A DNA stretch of 64,000 nucleotides, from the NCBI GenBank assembly GCA_964016885.1, contig OZ024750.1:32984001-33048000 (forward strand). Direction: 5' to 3'. Source of the stretch: Eledone cirrhosa (taxonomy: Eukaryota). Within the stretch, counting starts at the first letter, position 1. The number at the start of each line of letters is the position of its first letter. Positions 42,385 through 56,995 of this stretch are shown here, in pieces. Both the position numbers and the translations under genes were made by a program. The notes beneath the pieces were generated by a model. It searched no databases. It worked only from the letters and a program-made list of their open reading frames with translations, and was not told the DNA's origin.

Positions 42385-42400
42385 TAACGAAATAAATAAT

Positions 42401-42735
42401 GATTTCTTTATTAACCACAAGGGTTTACATAAAGTAGACATTAAGGACAGTACAGGACAATACAGGACGGTACAAATGGGCATTTCTGCGTGTAAAAAAC
42501 AAAAACAGAGGATGTAACAAAAAAATAACAATGCAAAATTCCCCAATAGGGGGGAGACTTCGGAGGGACATTTGTGGAGAAAGCCCAGTAAAAGGCCACC
42601 GTGACCCTGACCACCAAGGCAAGTGCCCTCTCCCAATTTTCCACCTTTAATTTACAGATACATACTCATAGTAGGCCCATTCACTGGGGCCATTCTTGCT
42701 TCTCTCACCCATCTTTCAACAAAATAAATACGTAG
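42401..42735 (-). mobile_element. Probable L1/Tx1-like LINE 3' end
   Basis: Minus frame FVERWVREARMAPVNGPTMSMYL*, followed by a T-rich 3' UTR ending AATAAAGAAAT. Confidence 0.45.
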
Positions 42736-42903
42736 GATAGTAGTGTGTGACTATATTCAAAGGAGTCAGGCCCCGTCGGCTGAGCTTTTGTTATTGCAAC
42801 AGCTAGTTCCAGGCTAGAACTAGATTTTGAAACTGCAAAAGCTCAGCTGTCGGGCCCCGACTCTTTTGAATACATCCACACACCAACACCCCCACGCACG
42901 CAC

Positions 42904-42935
<32 letters not shown>

Positions 42936-43568
42936 TTATTTGGGAGTGGGTTTATGTGTGCGAGTGTGTAAATATGCATAATGCATGCTATGTAAGGGAG
43001 ACAATTTTTATAACCTTCCGTAATCTCAGTTATATATAATTTTTGTTTAATTTTTTTTTTTACAAGTACTGTACTTTGTATACCCGGTAGTTTGGTGAAT
43101 CGAATCAAATTACCAAGACTAGAAACACACTGAAGCGTCAAGTACGGATTTTTTACTGATCCACCAGTAAAACGTCATTCAGACTTTCCGCTTCTTCAGA
43201 CTTTCATCTATATACGTGTAAACGTAACATAAATAGAAAGTTGACAAATATGCCGAGAGAATTTTGTATATAATCTGACAATAGCTAAATCTAGTTCTAT
43301 TTCTTTAATTCTCTTTTATTAAGCTATCTTTTACTTAAAATTGGATGTTATTTCGTGCAGAGCATCAGTGTTCTAGTTCAATGTATAAATGTTCAAAAGC
43401 AGAAAAAATAGCGATTCCAATATTTCAGGATTATTTCGTATTCTACAGTCTATAATGTGGAAGTAATTTCACTTGCTTTCATTTACTCTTAGAAATTAGT
43501 ATTAGCATGAAATAAGTATTAATATTATAAAAATATATTTCAAAAGAAAGATTACATACAATATATGA

Positions 43569-43728
<160 letters not shown>

Positions 43729-43792
43729 GAAGAGAGGAGAGACTTCTATACGTACGTTGTTGCCTTCGCATGTCGCATGTATTAGTTTTTAT

Positions 43793-43829
<37 letters not shown>

Positions 43830-43919
43830 CATATATGTATATATATATAGAGAGAGAGAGATAAATCATACATGCATATGTGTATATATATATATATATA
43901 TGTGTAAATATATATATGT

Positions 43920-43951
<32 letters not shown>

Positions 43952-45332
43952 GTATATATATATATATATAGTAATAATAATACATTTGAAGACTAAAATC
44001 CAAAGAGGGTTCGATAAGGATAAATATATATTAAATATATTTATCCTTATCAATCTCATATTAGATGTTTAGTAATGATTAATACGAAATGCACTTAAAC
44101 CGAATTCTATATTATAAATTCACTTAAATAATTATCGTGTCGTCTTGAGTTCGTTATGAGTCTCTTTTTTATAAAATGATGCCACAGAGTGTACAATAGA
44201 TAATGATTACAATATTTTTGAGTAACAACTCTAGTTCCACACTTTTGGAAGTTTATTATAACATTCTGTGACACTTTTGAGCTTGCGCATTTTTCAGGTC
44301 TAGTTTAATATTTTTTAAGGCAACGCTTGTAATAAACATGATATATATTAAACATGATATATATTAATAATAAATTACCGTTGTAATCTAATTAGATTAT
44401 ATAATTGTTATTTTATAAATGATCTTATAAATATTATTGTATAATGTATAAAAATATTTTCAGACTTTTAATATAAACAACTACAAAAAGCAATCAATAT
44501 TAAATAAATATATTTTACATAATAATTGTTATAGTTGAATTAATAAAAATTAAATATTACATACAAATAGTCTAACATAATAATAAAAAAAATAATGTAA
44601 CATAATAATAATAAAATAATCTAACATAAAACGAAAAATAATATGGACATATATACAAGTAAATATGATAAAACCAATATTCTAAGCATGTTATAACGAA
44701 CTGAAAATAAATAGTTAATATAAATTTAAAAAATCATATATAAATTAACAATATAACTTACCAAAACGAGAAAAATATTTTGATGATAAAACGACAAAAT
44801 ACAGGAGAGAGATTCGAAAGCGAAACGATAAATAAAAGTGCAAAGAAAACGCCTTTGAGCAACAATTAGTCTCGTTGGTTGATTAGCCAATAAGACGATG
44901 AAATTAGCCAATAAGACGATACATTACAAAACATGTTTGGAAGAAATCGCCACGGCCAGCGATACCCCTTGAATCTTTTATTCACAAGCTACGCATATAT
45001 TGTCAGACAACATGCAGACTTAAAACATTATGTTGTTAGTCACTGCGTGTCTAACAGATATATATATATATTTGTAGTAAGGTTGCTTGGATGCGTCCAT
45101 AGGCGGTATGAGCAGATGATAGAAATTCTCAGAATCGAAGTCTAACAGAAAGACGACTTGCGTCGAAGTCACTAGACGTATCTGAGGAACTTGCGAATCC
45201 AGAGTCAGGTTCGATCCACAAACAGATCTCACCTCGAGCTGTTCGCCGGAGAAACAATTGCAATACGTAATAAATTGTGTTCCGATGCATCACTGATTCT
45301 TCGCTTTCCATATACATATATATATATATATA

Positions 45333-45684
45333 TAATATATAAGATCAAAAGATGATTAAATGAGTTCCATGTATTTTATTATGCGCATTTCAAAAACAAA
45401 TATCATCATGCAATAACATTTGTGTTTTCATCAGATAAAATAGGAGGACATGATATGAAGGTTAAAAACACTTGTGGATAGTGCAGTTTTAAATCAACAT
45501 ATCAACATATCAACATATGTTGATTTAAAACTGCACTATCCACAAGTGTTTTTAACCTTCATATCATGTCCTCCTATTTTATCTGATGAAAACACAAATG
45601 TTATTGCATGATGATATTTGTTTTTGAAATGCGCATAATAAAATACATGGAACTCATTTAACCATCTTTTGATCTTATATATTA
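45333..45684. mobile_element. 352-bp fold-back palindrome with an HHR in each arm
   Basis: Arms differ by one seen substitution; apex ATCAACAT x3. Confidence 0.92.
45575..45645 (+). ncRNA. Intact HHR (family A; mirror copy 45372-45442, -)
   Basis: TATTTTAT-CTGATGA-AAAC ACAAATGTTATT(gcat)GATGATATTTGT TTTT-GAAA-TGCGCATA|ATAAAATA. Confidence 0.87.
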
Positions 45685-45790
45685 TGTATACTCCAGTCCT
45701 ACAAACTGTAGAGTGCTTCTTATCCGATATCTGCATTGCTTTATTGTACTACAATAAAACTCACCTCCTACATATATATATATATATTTC

Positions 45791-45970
45791 TCCCACTTTA
45801 CCCTGAAGGATCACAAATCCAATTTTCCGAACAACCCCTCTATTCGGCTTATTAACCCTACGAAGTCCGATTTAGGTAGACTTAGTAAAACGATTCTTGA
45901 TAGAATTATACCTGAAATTAGAAGTTTGGCCCCTCTTGCACTGTGGAACAATTCTTTCGCGGTGATTGAT
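45791..45970 (+). pseudogene. PLE (Neptune-type) reverse transcriptase fragment
   Basis: Open 60 codons SHFTLKDHKSNFPNNPSIRLINPTKSDLGRLSKTILDRIIPEIRSLAPLALWNNSFAVID; TLKDHK..RLINP.KS..G..SK.ILD motif. Confidence 0.85.
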
Positions 45971-47439
45971 TGAAGAAATCTGCTGTATTCTATTCAGAGC
46001 TAGGGTGGGCTCCGTCAGGTTTTACAATGCCATAGAAACGCTGTATATCAATACCGTGCCCCTACGACTCCCTGGGGAGTTACAGCACCATGCATGCATA
46101 TGTAATCTGAAAACGAAACATGTAAAGCAAAAATCAAAGATTGTGGCACTAAAACTATTTAAAGCATGGCAAACATATAAATACAAAGAAACATTAGTAT
46201 TGATTAATGTGAAGGATTAAGATATGTAAATATATTAATATCTTAATATTAATGTATGGAGCTGAATCGTGGACTTTAACAAAAAATATCATCAAATAAA
46301 TAGGTATAGGAATATAAAAATCTTTTGTGAATATCATGGCAAAATTACAAAGCAGACGATAAAATGGCAGAAAAAAGAAAAATTACATTAAACGCCATCA
46401 GAGAGAGAAAAATAACTGAAAAATGGTGGACATTTAATTAGGTAAAATAGATTACAGGCGTGTTACTGCAACAAATTTTGCCTACTCAGTAATGACCAAA
46501 ATAGCACATTTCGTGTCGTATGTCCACATAAGTTGCTTACTTTGCAACCGGTAAACGTCACAAGAAAAAAGATGTTCCTTGATTGAAAGTAGACGTATAT
46601 GGTCACAGACATAATGAATGTCGGACAAATCTCCAGCTCTTCTCAGAGCTGTCACTCACAGAGATCTACAAGTAGATTCTTCTCATACCTAACTTACTGC
46701 GAGAACACTACTGCAATGGCTTCCCTGAAATATCATATATGGTAGCATTTTAGAATTTATCTTTCCTTGTTTATGTTCAGTGGCTTCACTACTGGCAAAT
46801 TTATGAGACAATAACTGAATCATCATTCGATTTTTGGTCAATTCTCGCTCGCTACTAAACTGCGCTAATAAAAAGTTAAACAAGAGTATAGGTCACTTAA
46901 ATCTTGATGTGGTCGTAGGGTACCATTATGACTCAAGGCTACATGGAGGTTTATTAAACCTGGCGGTCGGAACATAGTCATTTTCTTCCAGAGAGAGAAC
47001 AAGAATTGATGCTAACACTGGACCGGTACTTATTTATCAACCTCGATAGGATGAAAGGCTGCGTTGTTTTCGCCAGGGCTTTAACTCAGAGTGTAGCGAG
47101 CCTGATCAATATAAGAATTAGCAATGTCGAAATATTTTCTTTAGGGTGACATCAATTTTTATTCTTTTGAATTTCTGAAGTTTACTCCGCTCATTTATTT
47201 TTCTCCATATATTCTCTACGGCATTTTCTGAAAACAAACTGACAGTGACGTTTATTGTGTACATCTGTTTTACGTGTGTTCTGTACTCGACATGCTTCAT
47301 AGCTAAGATTTTTATTTTGGACTTATACTTATATTTACATATAAGAGCTATATTGTATACACATCTCCTGTCTTGCATAAATCTATATTTTCATTGTTAT
47401 ACACTCACATTATCTGTATCAAGCTTGATCTGGCGTTAT

Positions 47440-48085
47440 AATTGTTTCTACATTTGGCACAATACCAGCACATTGAAGGGAAGAGGAAAGTCGATAAAAT
47501 CATCACTAGTGCTTTATTTTGTGGAGTCTGTAAGGATGTAAGGTAAAGCTAACCTCGACAAGATGTTAACTCAGAATGTAAAGAACTGTAACTATATATC
47601 GCAAAGCATGTTGTCTGATGCTCTACCGTTTAATGCCAATTCTCCGCCTTTTTTTATCTTGCATTATAGTACAAATAAAATATAAATAAAAGGGGGTGGT
47701 AGATTAACAGTATCGGTAGAGCGTTGGACAATATTTTTTACGGCATATAGTTATGGTTCAAATCCCAACGAGGTTAGCTTTGCCTTTCATCCTTACGGGA
47801 TCGATAAAATAAAGTACCAGTAATACACTGGGGTCGACATAATCGGATTTACACTCCACCAAAATTGCTGGCCTTGTGCTTACATCAGAAACCGTTATTA
47901 TAGGGCGGAGCAGTATCGGTAGGGTGTTAACATTCTGAGTTCAAATCCCGCCGAGGTTAGCTTTACTTTTCATTCTTACGGGGTCAATAAAATAAAGTAC
48001 CAGTAATACACTGGGATCGATTAAATCGAGTTGTCCCTTTCCCACGAAAATTGTTGGTGTTGTGCCTAAATCAGAAACTATTATA
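47440..48085. mobile_element. SINE cluster: 47440-47650 (-), 47692-47900 (+), 47903-48085 (+)
   Basis: Long-tail subfamily matches. Confidence 0.82.
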
Positions 48086-48476
48086 ATTCAAATGGAAAAG
48101 ATTTATTTCATTACAGAATCATTGTTTTAGTCTAGTAAAGAGTTAAAATATTTATTTGTCCCAGTTTTAATAAAACATGTTTTGATAACACATCACATAG
48201 AATTAAATACGAAACCATTAAAAAACTATTTACTGATAATAGTCATTATTTTGTTAGGAACATTTCAAACTAGTTATCCACATTAATCCCACGTCGACAA
48301 TAACAATACTTCTGACAAAGTGTCGATGAGAAATAATAATTGGTCATGTGACACCATTCTTGAAAATATATTCAATGTTTCTAAATCACACATCCTCTCC
48401 AACATCACCTAGCCACACAATACATAAATACATACATACATACACGCGCGTGCACACACACACACAGACACACACA

Positions 48477-48522
<46 letters not shown>

Positions 48523-48573
48523 CATATAATTAGGATTTAGCTAATATGTATATATATATATATATATATACAC

Positions 48574-48650
<77 letters not shown>

Positions 48651-49784
48651 TATATACACACGCACACACGCACACACATACACACACACACACACACACA
48701 TATATATATTTATATATATAAATATATATATAAATACACACAAAAAATTTATCTTTTCCCTTACTTTGCTTCGGTAAAATCCCTTGCAAACATGTAATCC
48801 CTTATATCTATATAGCATCTCAATACCACAACCAGGCCCTGTAGATAATAATACTATGTGCAACTAATTTTATATTATTTCTATTCCTATTGATTTTTAT
48901 TTTTATATTTCATTTCCATAAAAATAAATTTGCCAATGAACATAAGCAAGGGAAGATATATTCCAAAATGCTACCATATATGGCGCTAGAATTAATGAAA
49001 ACATATATGTGCACATAGAGATAACAGATTTAAATATCTGAATTCATAAAAATAAATTAGCAGTTGTTTACAATAAATAAATATACCAACTGTTTAGGCT
49101 GTATTCGTTATATATATATAATGTATTATTTTTTATAAATAAGATAATGTTGTGTAGTTTAACGAATAATATATTATTATATATCATGCTGTTGTAAAGC
49201 ATGTTAAAGCCGTGTACTAACATTGTTCTGTTTGAAGGTGGTGGGTTTTTTTCAATAATGATAAATATATTATTGAAATTACCAATAAACCAACACTACT
49301 AAATATAAATATAAATAGGAATATTTTGTTGTCATGAAGAAGCCCCATATTTAAAAGAGTTTTATATATGATATAAATAATTCAACAGCAATAAAACCAT
49401 AAATGTATATTTCGAAAATTGTTTTTTAGTTGTATATACATGATGGGTTGTTTATATACATATATCATTGTAGCAACAGAATTAATAAATCACCTTTAGA
49501 TTGTTAAGACCAGGAATAAGATATATTTAAAACAATAGAATGTGTTCGAGAAATTTGTCTACGACACTGTGAAGGACAAGCGAGATCCATTCACTAACAA
49601 TTAATTCATTAAGGTGTTTAACGCGTTCCGTACTTTTCTGTTTAAAGCTTCAAATTAATTTAAAAGAAAAAAAAATTCAAAGTCACTTAAAGGCTAGTGT
49701 ACATGGTTTCGACATGAAGGCTCATAAAAAATAGCGAAATAAAGAATCGAAACAGTTAACGTGCACTTTCAACTATATATATAG

Positions 49785-50162
49785 AACGCTTTCCACCAGC
49801 TGTGCCTGCGAAAGATCCTTCGTGTGCCCTGGTGCGACCGAGTGCGAAAGGAAGAGATCCTGCGGAGAGCGGAGTCGTGGACGCTACAGAGAGTTGTCAG
49901 GGAGCGTCGATGCCGTCTGGCTCGCCAACATTCTGCGTCTGCCAAATGAACGACATTAGAAAACAGCGATGAACTGGACTCCGCCTGGCGGTAAACGGAG
50001 GCGGGGTTTGCCCAAGGATCACCTGGCGACGAACGTTCCGGAAGGACCTGATGGCAACCAACATCACCTGGCACGGTCTCGAAAAAGTTGCCGGTGATTG
50101 TGACCGTTGGCGAGTACTTACTGCAAGATGCGCCGAACGGCGCGGAAGAATCTAAGACTAAG
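49785..50162 (+). pseudogene. RTE-clade LINE 3' fragment
   Basis: NAFHQLCLRKILRVPWCDRVRKEEILRRA..ERR.RLA..ILRLPNER..AMNWTPPGGKRRRG..PK.TWRRT; CTAAGA tail repeat. Confidence 0.9.
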
Positions 50163-50173
50163 ATATATATATA

Positions 50174-50236
<63 letters not shown>

Positions 50237-50313
50237 TAGGTCCCGGGTTGAGTCGGGGATAACCGCAGTAAGTAAGGTACTCAATACATGGCAGAGTAAA
50301 ATTTTTTTATATT

Positions 50314-50389
50314 TTATAGAAGGAGCTTCTACAGGACTTCATGAAGATTTCATCTGAATGAAACAGTACTAGTCCTGTAGAAGCTCCTT

Positions 50390-50395
<6 letters not shown>
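50314..50395. repeat. Short hairpin enclosing a decayed HHR-like core
   Basis: Arms TTATAGAAGGAGCTTCTACAGGACT; loop ATGAAGA-TTTCA(tc)TGAAT-GAAACAG. Confidence 0.55.
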
Positions 50396-50420
<25 letters not shown>

Positions 50421-50433
50421 GAAAAGAGTCACG

Positions 50434-50512
50434 ACCCAGACGGTTGGGCTCCGGCCGTTTCGCCAGCTAGATCCGAACGGGTGGTGCTAACACCCGTGAC
50501 ATCATCACTGGT
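50434..50512 (-). ncRNA. HHR-like motif with branched helix II and long helix III, C3 mutated
   Basis: ACCA-GTGATGA-TGTCA CGGGTG..CACCCG..TGGC-GAAA-CGG..CCG-TC|TGGGT. Confidence 0.55.
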
Positions 50513-50869
50513 ACTATTATATTTCCTCCCGTTGAATACAATAAGAGCAAACATAATAGTACCACTGTTGATGTCACAGGTGTGTGATGAAAGAATTTGA
50601 TAGAGTATATATATATATATATATTTATATCTATATTTTGACTGTTGGTCAATGAATGATAAAAATTGATTGCCAGCTAAATTAACTACAGGGATATAAG
50701 ATATATAGAAGCGAAAATCAATCCAAACCAAACAGTGAGTGTGTTTTATTATATATTTCTGGCAATATTAAAACAAAACACGATTTCATATAAAAAATCC
50801 TTGCAAATAAAATTCATCGCCGTCACACACACACACGCACACACACATACACACACACACAGATATATG

Positions 50870-50968
<99 letters not shown>

Positions 50969-51371
50969 CAATAATACAGGTGAAGAGGCAGGCTGTGTGT
51001 TTTCTGAAAACGAAGTGTTAGAAGGTAAACGGGACGTAAACAAGAGAAGAAAAGCATCCCTTCTTCAGGTGTTTACTACAGATCATAGATGTTTTGGCGC
51101 TTAAAACAGAACCTCGATCTGTAGCGCGCCCATGGCCTTTTATCCATCAAAAGGCCATGAGGGAAATAAGTGATAGTGAAGAGAGATGATGAAGACAAAA
51201 AGGAAAAGAGGAAAAAAACGAAGTAAACATACCGAATAGAAGTTGGGACACCGGACAATGGCAAATGTAAGTTACCATATATATATATATATATATGTAT
51301 GTATGAATGTATGTATATATATATATATATATACATATGTGTATATATATATGTATATATATATATATATA

Positions 51372-51466
<95 letters not shown>

Positions 51467-51742
51467 AAAAAGAACAGAAAGATGCAGTAAAAGAGATTTA
51501 TTCGGTTCTAACGTACGTTTCAATAGACATTAAATTTGCCTAGATCTCGCTGCATCTATAATATTATATAGTTAGTAGAGCATTCGACATCCAATGCACA
51601 ATCGATCCCATATCATCAGCTAAACTGGAATATACACCTATTTTCTGCATTTCGTTGAGTACCACTCTGTTGTAAGCTGACCTTCCCCTACACGGTACAT
51701 AACACTGTGTCCTGGAAAACCTTAATGCACTCGTGCATAACC

Positions 51743-51787
<45 letters not shown>

Positions 51788-51803
51788 GTATGTGCGTGTG
51801 TGT

Positions 51804-51840
<37 letters not shown>

Positions 51841-52514
51841 GTCCAGAGTGCAAATGTAATCTGAATTAATTTATCTGTCACTCAATCTTTCGATTTATCC
51901 TCCCTGGGGTGAAGAAAAACATTTCGATAATCCATTTCATATGTATATTTCTCAATGCTGTGTATATGATGTATTAGGATCGTATAACGAAACAACATAG
52001 GACTGCAAATAGATTAGTTTCATTTTCTAAATGGTCTGGAGTCAGAAAATATTTAGTTCTCAATACAGATCACAGACTAAATATTTATTTTTCTTAGTAA
52101 CTGAACTATCTCTATTGTAGAATAAAGACATATCTGATATTAGATAGCAACATCACATCTAGTAAATAGACATAAGCAGACACACAGAAACAAACAAACA
52201 CACATACACACACACACATACACAAACACAGACACACACACACACATACATATATACATATAATAATAATAAATACAAATGCGAAAATCCAAAGAGGGAG
52301 CGATAAGTGTTTGGCCTTCCATCTTTTTCAACGTTATATATATATATAAGTATATATATAAACCCGTAGAGCAAATATCTATTGATTAGTACGGATTGAA
52401 AGTTTAAGCAAAAAAATTACTGCTTTCATCCTAAATTAAAACATCATATTTCAGATGATCCCGCTTAGAGTGAAAGCAGAAATCTTTTGCTTAAATTTTT
52501 GATTTGTACATATA

Positions 52515-52610
<96 letters not shown>

Positions 52611-53302
52611 ATATGTGCATACAACCGCAGTATTCTAACACAGCTTTGTTGTGATGTTTAAAGAAGCCAAAGTAGACACAAACAGACACAAACGTAAATT
52701 CTATTTTTCTGTCAATTCAATTTCTTTGTCAAGCACTGACCACACAAATAAGTGACTATGGGACAAAAATGCACTTAGTAAATAATACACATCCAACCCA
52801 ATACTTGCATGAATGCTTTACTACACATTTCCATCTAAATTTATCGTGAATTGATTAAAAATTCATTTCAAACCGAATTACTTTAATGATACTTTGAATT
52901 CAAACACGCAATTAACTCGATGTTTTATTAAGAATGCCAGAAAGATTTCTCCTCGAAAATATTGTTGCAGTTCTAATTTATTTGGCTGGAGTAATAAAAC
53001 AGAAAGCAGACACTTGATACACAAAGTAAAGGTTGAACAAACAATAAAGATATTAAATATTGAACAAGAAAGCTATTTTTACACAACACCATTCAGCGAG
53101 TACGCTAGATAGCATTATAGTCAAAACAATCATGCCCTGAAGTGAAGTTATGATTGCTACAAATATTTATCTTTAATGTTAAATGATATTAATATACCAT
53201 CAAGTCAGGTGAAAAATAAGATGTACCTCCCAACAGGCGGCATCCGTGATAGGTTTTCAATCTTCATCTGAAATCAGTTCACGTTATTTGTACCACTGAT
53301 AA

Positions 53303-53525
53303 TGGGTGGTCGATTGGTAGTATCGGTAGAGTGTCTGACACTATGTTTGGCGGCATAGAGTCATGGTCCTTAACGTTCTGAGTTCAAATCGCACCGAGTT
53401 TAACTTTACCTTTCATCCTTACGGGGTTGATAAACTGAAGTACCATTAATGCACTGGTATCGATTTAATTGACTTTTCTCTCCCCTTCAAATTGCTGGCT
53501 TTGTGCCTAAAGTAGAATTAGTTAT
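53303..53525 (+). mobile_element. SINE, long-tail subfamily
   Basis: Consensus match. Confidence 0.85.
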
Positions 53526-53975
53526 TTGTACAACCGATAACTCTACATAACATTCTATGTAGTCGTTTAGAAATTCTGTACCATTCAATAACATCTCAGC
53601 ATAATTCTGTTTTTGCCATAGCAATGAAACCGCATGTTAACAGGAATTTGATGTCTAAATCCTCATGTGATTACTAGTTGGTGATCAGCAAGAACATCAA
53701 ATCCACATACGTTAGCAAAAGTGTATATCTGTTTATTCTTTAACCGGGGAGCCGTGTTACGGTGTTATCAAAGTCACCCCACAAAGTCTGAATTCGTTTC
53801 TCTTTCTAATTAGGTGCAAATATTATTTCACCTTTAAGTTCGTACTCATGCCTCCGTGTTCTTGCCTCCTCTGTTTGTAGTTCGTCTGACTGTGATAGAA
53901 TACAACTTCATCTAGTAATGTCTAGTATAACATAATCTCATCAACCACTAAAATTATATTTAGCTTCCGCATGGG

Positions 53976-54037
53976 TTACTCTTTTACTCTTTTACCTGTT
54001 TCAGCCATCCGGCTGAGGCCATGCTGGGGCACCGCCC
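53976..54037 (-). mobile_element. 3' tail of another SINE/LINE family
   Basis: Minus strand GGCGGTGCCCCAGCATGGCC..GCTGAAACAGGTAAAAGAGTAAAAGAGTA; related copy at about 21071-21120. Confidence 0.6.
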
Positions 54038-54129
54038 TTGGGTTGTATAGAAAATAGTTAAGTTCAGTGTTATGTTTGAGAAGTATACAACTATAGTAAA
54101 TTGTAAGATTTGAACCAATTTCGTTGATA

Positions 54130-55250
54130 AATAAATGTAGATCTTTCTTCAGCTTATATTTTCTGTGGATATAATTTGTTGGAAATTAAGAAGTCATCAG
54201 GATAACGATCACTTTCAGCCAGAGAAAATTACTTTTGCTTGTGTGCTAACAAGAATAGTCACATGATATCACTGAATTCAACCAAGTCATTCACTCCTAT
54301 ATTAATAACAAATGCTGCACGTAGAGAACTTTTGATTCGGAATTCATATGAGAGGATTGCCTTCGTCTTCTTCCTTGAATTCTTCAAAGATCTTTGCAAA
54401 ATTCAACGCTTTTATAAATAATCCCTCGGTGATAGAAACTTACTAATCCTAGATTTTGTATTGCATGAATTTCTATTCTTGTTGGATTAGGTTCAACACC
54501 ATTCTTATGGAACGTGGGAGTGTTTTTCCAGAGTTATAAGATTGTTAGGAGTTTTATTTGGCGGATGATGATATCTGGTATTTTGTTTTACTTATAATGC
54601 GAATATCACTTTTGGTGAGGTTGATTATACATACTGTTGGATTTTACTGAGAATTATATTAGTGATCTTTAAACGTGATGAAAGGAATCTTGGGAAAATG
54701 TATTTCTCTTCTGCTGTATTTAGTTTCATAGTAATTTTCTTTTATTCTGTGTTGATTTTGTTGATAATACTTTTATCCGCTCTTCTGTTCGTGATTGCAT
54801 TACATAAGTGTTGTTGATAGGTACTTTATTTCTTTTAGTAAGTATTTTCTTTTTAGTTTTGTCAGGTTGAACGAGTATATACTTATTGTATTTTTGATAT
54901 ACGTATTCGAATATTCAGTTTATTTTGGAAATTGCATTTTGTTCTGGAACATATTGGAAATTTGAGATTTGTAATTATTGAAAATAATTATTGTTTGAAT
55001 AACTGTAAGAAGATCCACTTTGAGGGACACATGATTTAAATATGAATTTTAATTTATGATTTGGTCATTAGTAGCTTGTCTGTCGATGTATACTCAACAT
55101 TTGGATATTTGAATAAAACCGTCTATTGTTTGCATAATTGAAGGGACTGTCTTCTGGGAGGTATACGTTTTGTCGAAAAGCGGACAGACTGATTCAGTAT
55201 TTTGTTGACAGTTGCTTCTTCATTGCAGGCCAGTAAATAAGATAAAAACT
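54130..55250 (-). pseudogene. Heavily decayed PLE relic
   Basis: Frameshifted YI(G)QTS near 55075-55095, CIINLTK near 54610-54632, decayed CTGATGA..GAAAGATCTA at 54130-54205. Confidence 0.4.
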
Positions 55251-56206
55251 CGAATTCAGCAACATATTAGATATATTTCTCTAAACTACATGTTTACCCT
55301 CATTTTACTCTCTAGTATTTGATTACTTATTTTCGTCAAAGAGCCCCGTAAAAGACACCATTTATCGAGGTATATATATAAGATATCAAGGTAAATATAT
55401 AAAATAATTTTCCATCTACTACATTCAAGATTCTATAGAATCAATCTACACATATATTTAGAAATATAAATTGTATTAGACACATTCATTCCATAATTCA
55501 TATGGCAATTATAAATCAATCACATACAGCTCAATTTGAAAAGGAAAATGTTCTGGCATGCAAAGTCATATAACAAAAATATGATACAAAGAAATTTATA
55601 CACAGCTGAGGTCTATGTAAATGTTCTCGCCAACAAGCTATTCGTAAAAAAAGAACTTTCAGACAATATTTTCTCTTATTGTGGTAAAATATATATTACT
55701 TTTAAGCTCGAGAGTATCATACATCAAATGGATATGGCCACTCAACATTTATATATATATATATTTCATTCTTGCATTTATGTTATATTTCCCATTGTAT
55801 ATATTAAACATTAACTTGTTAGAATGTTTCACTTCATGAAAATAATCAATTTAACTTGAATAATAAACTACACACGTGAAACAATTCAACATTTTCAATA
55901 AATTATTCAATGTGTTCACATTTTTACATTATCTAGTTATTTGTATATTAACAGCTTCTTGCTAAATTATCAAATTGGTGGAGATATTTTCAAATTGGTG
56001 GAGCTATTTTCCTAAATCTAAACTTAAATTTCATTTTTAACAATTCAAATTTTACAGTTTGAAATTTTAATTCCTAATTTTATTACAAATATGAATATTT
56101 TAATGTGTAAAATTTTTAACTTAACCAAGCCTAAGGTATAATCGAGTTATATACTTTACACATATAGTGTATTGAGCCGTTAAATGCGATCGAATATTAC
56201 ATAGAG

Positions 56207-56305
<99 letters not shown>

Positions 56306-56320
56306 ATATATATATACATG

Positions 56321-56417
<97 letters not shown>

Positions 56418-56519
56418 ATATATATATACATGTATATATATATATATACATGTATATATATATATATATATATACATGTATATATATATATATATACATG
56501 TATATATATATATATATAT

Positions 56520-56563
<44 letters not shown>

Positions 56564-56579
56564 ATATATATATATATAT

Positions 56580-56653
<74 letters not shown>

Positions 56654-56685
56654 ATATATATATATACATGTATATATATATATAT

Positions 56686-56751
<66 letters not shown>

Positions 56752-56780
56752 ACATGTATATATATATATATACATGTATA

Positions 56781-56812
<32 letters not shown>

Positions 56813-56911
56813 CATGTATATATATATATACATGTATATATATATATACATGTATATATATATATACATGTATATATATATATGTATATATATACATGTA
56901 TATATATATAT

Positions 56912-56967
<56 letters not shown>

Positions 56968-56995
56968 ATATATATATACATGTATATATATATAT
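56207..56995. repeat. (CA)n then (TA)nCATG compound microsatellite
   Basis: Direct inspection. Confidence 0.97.
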
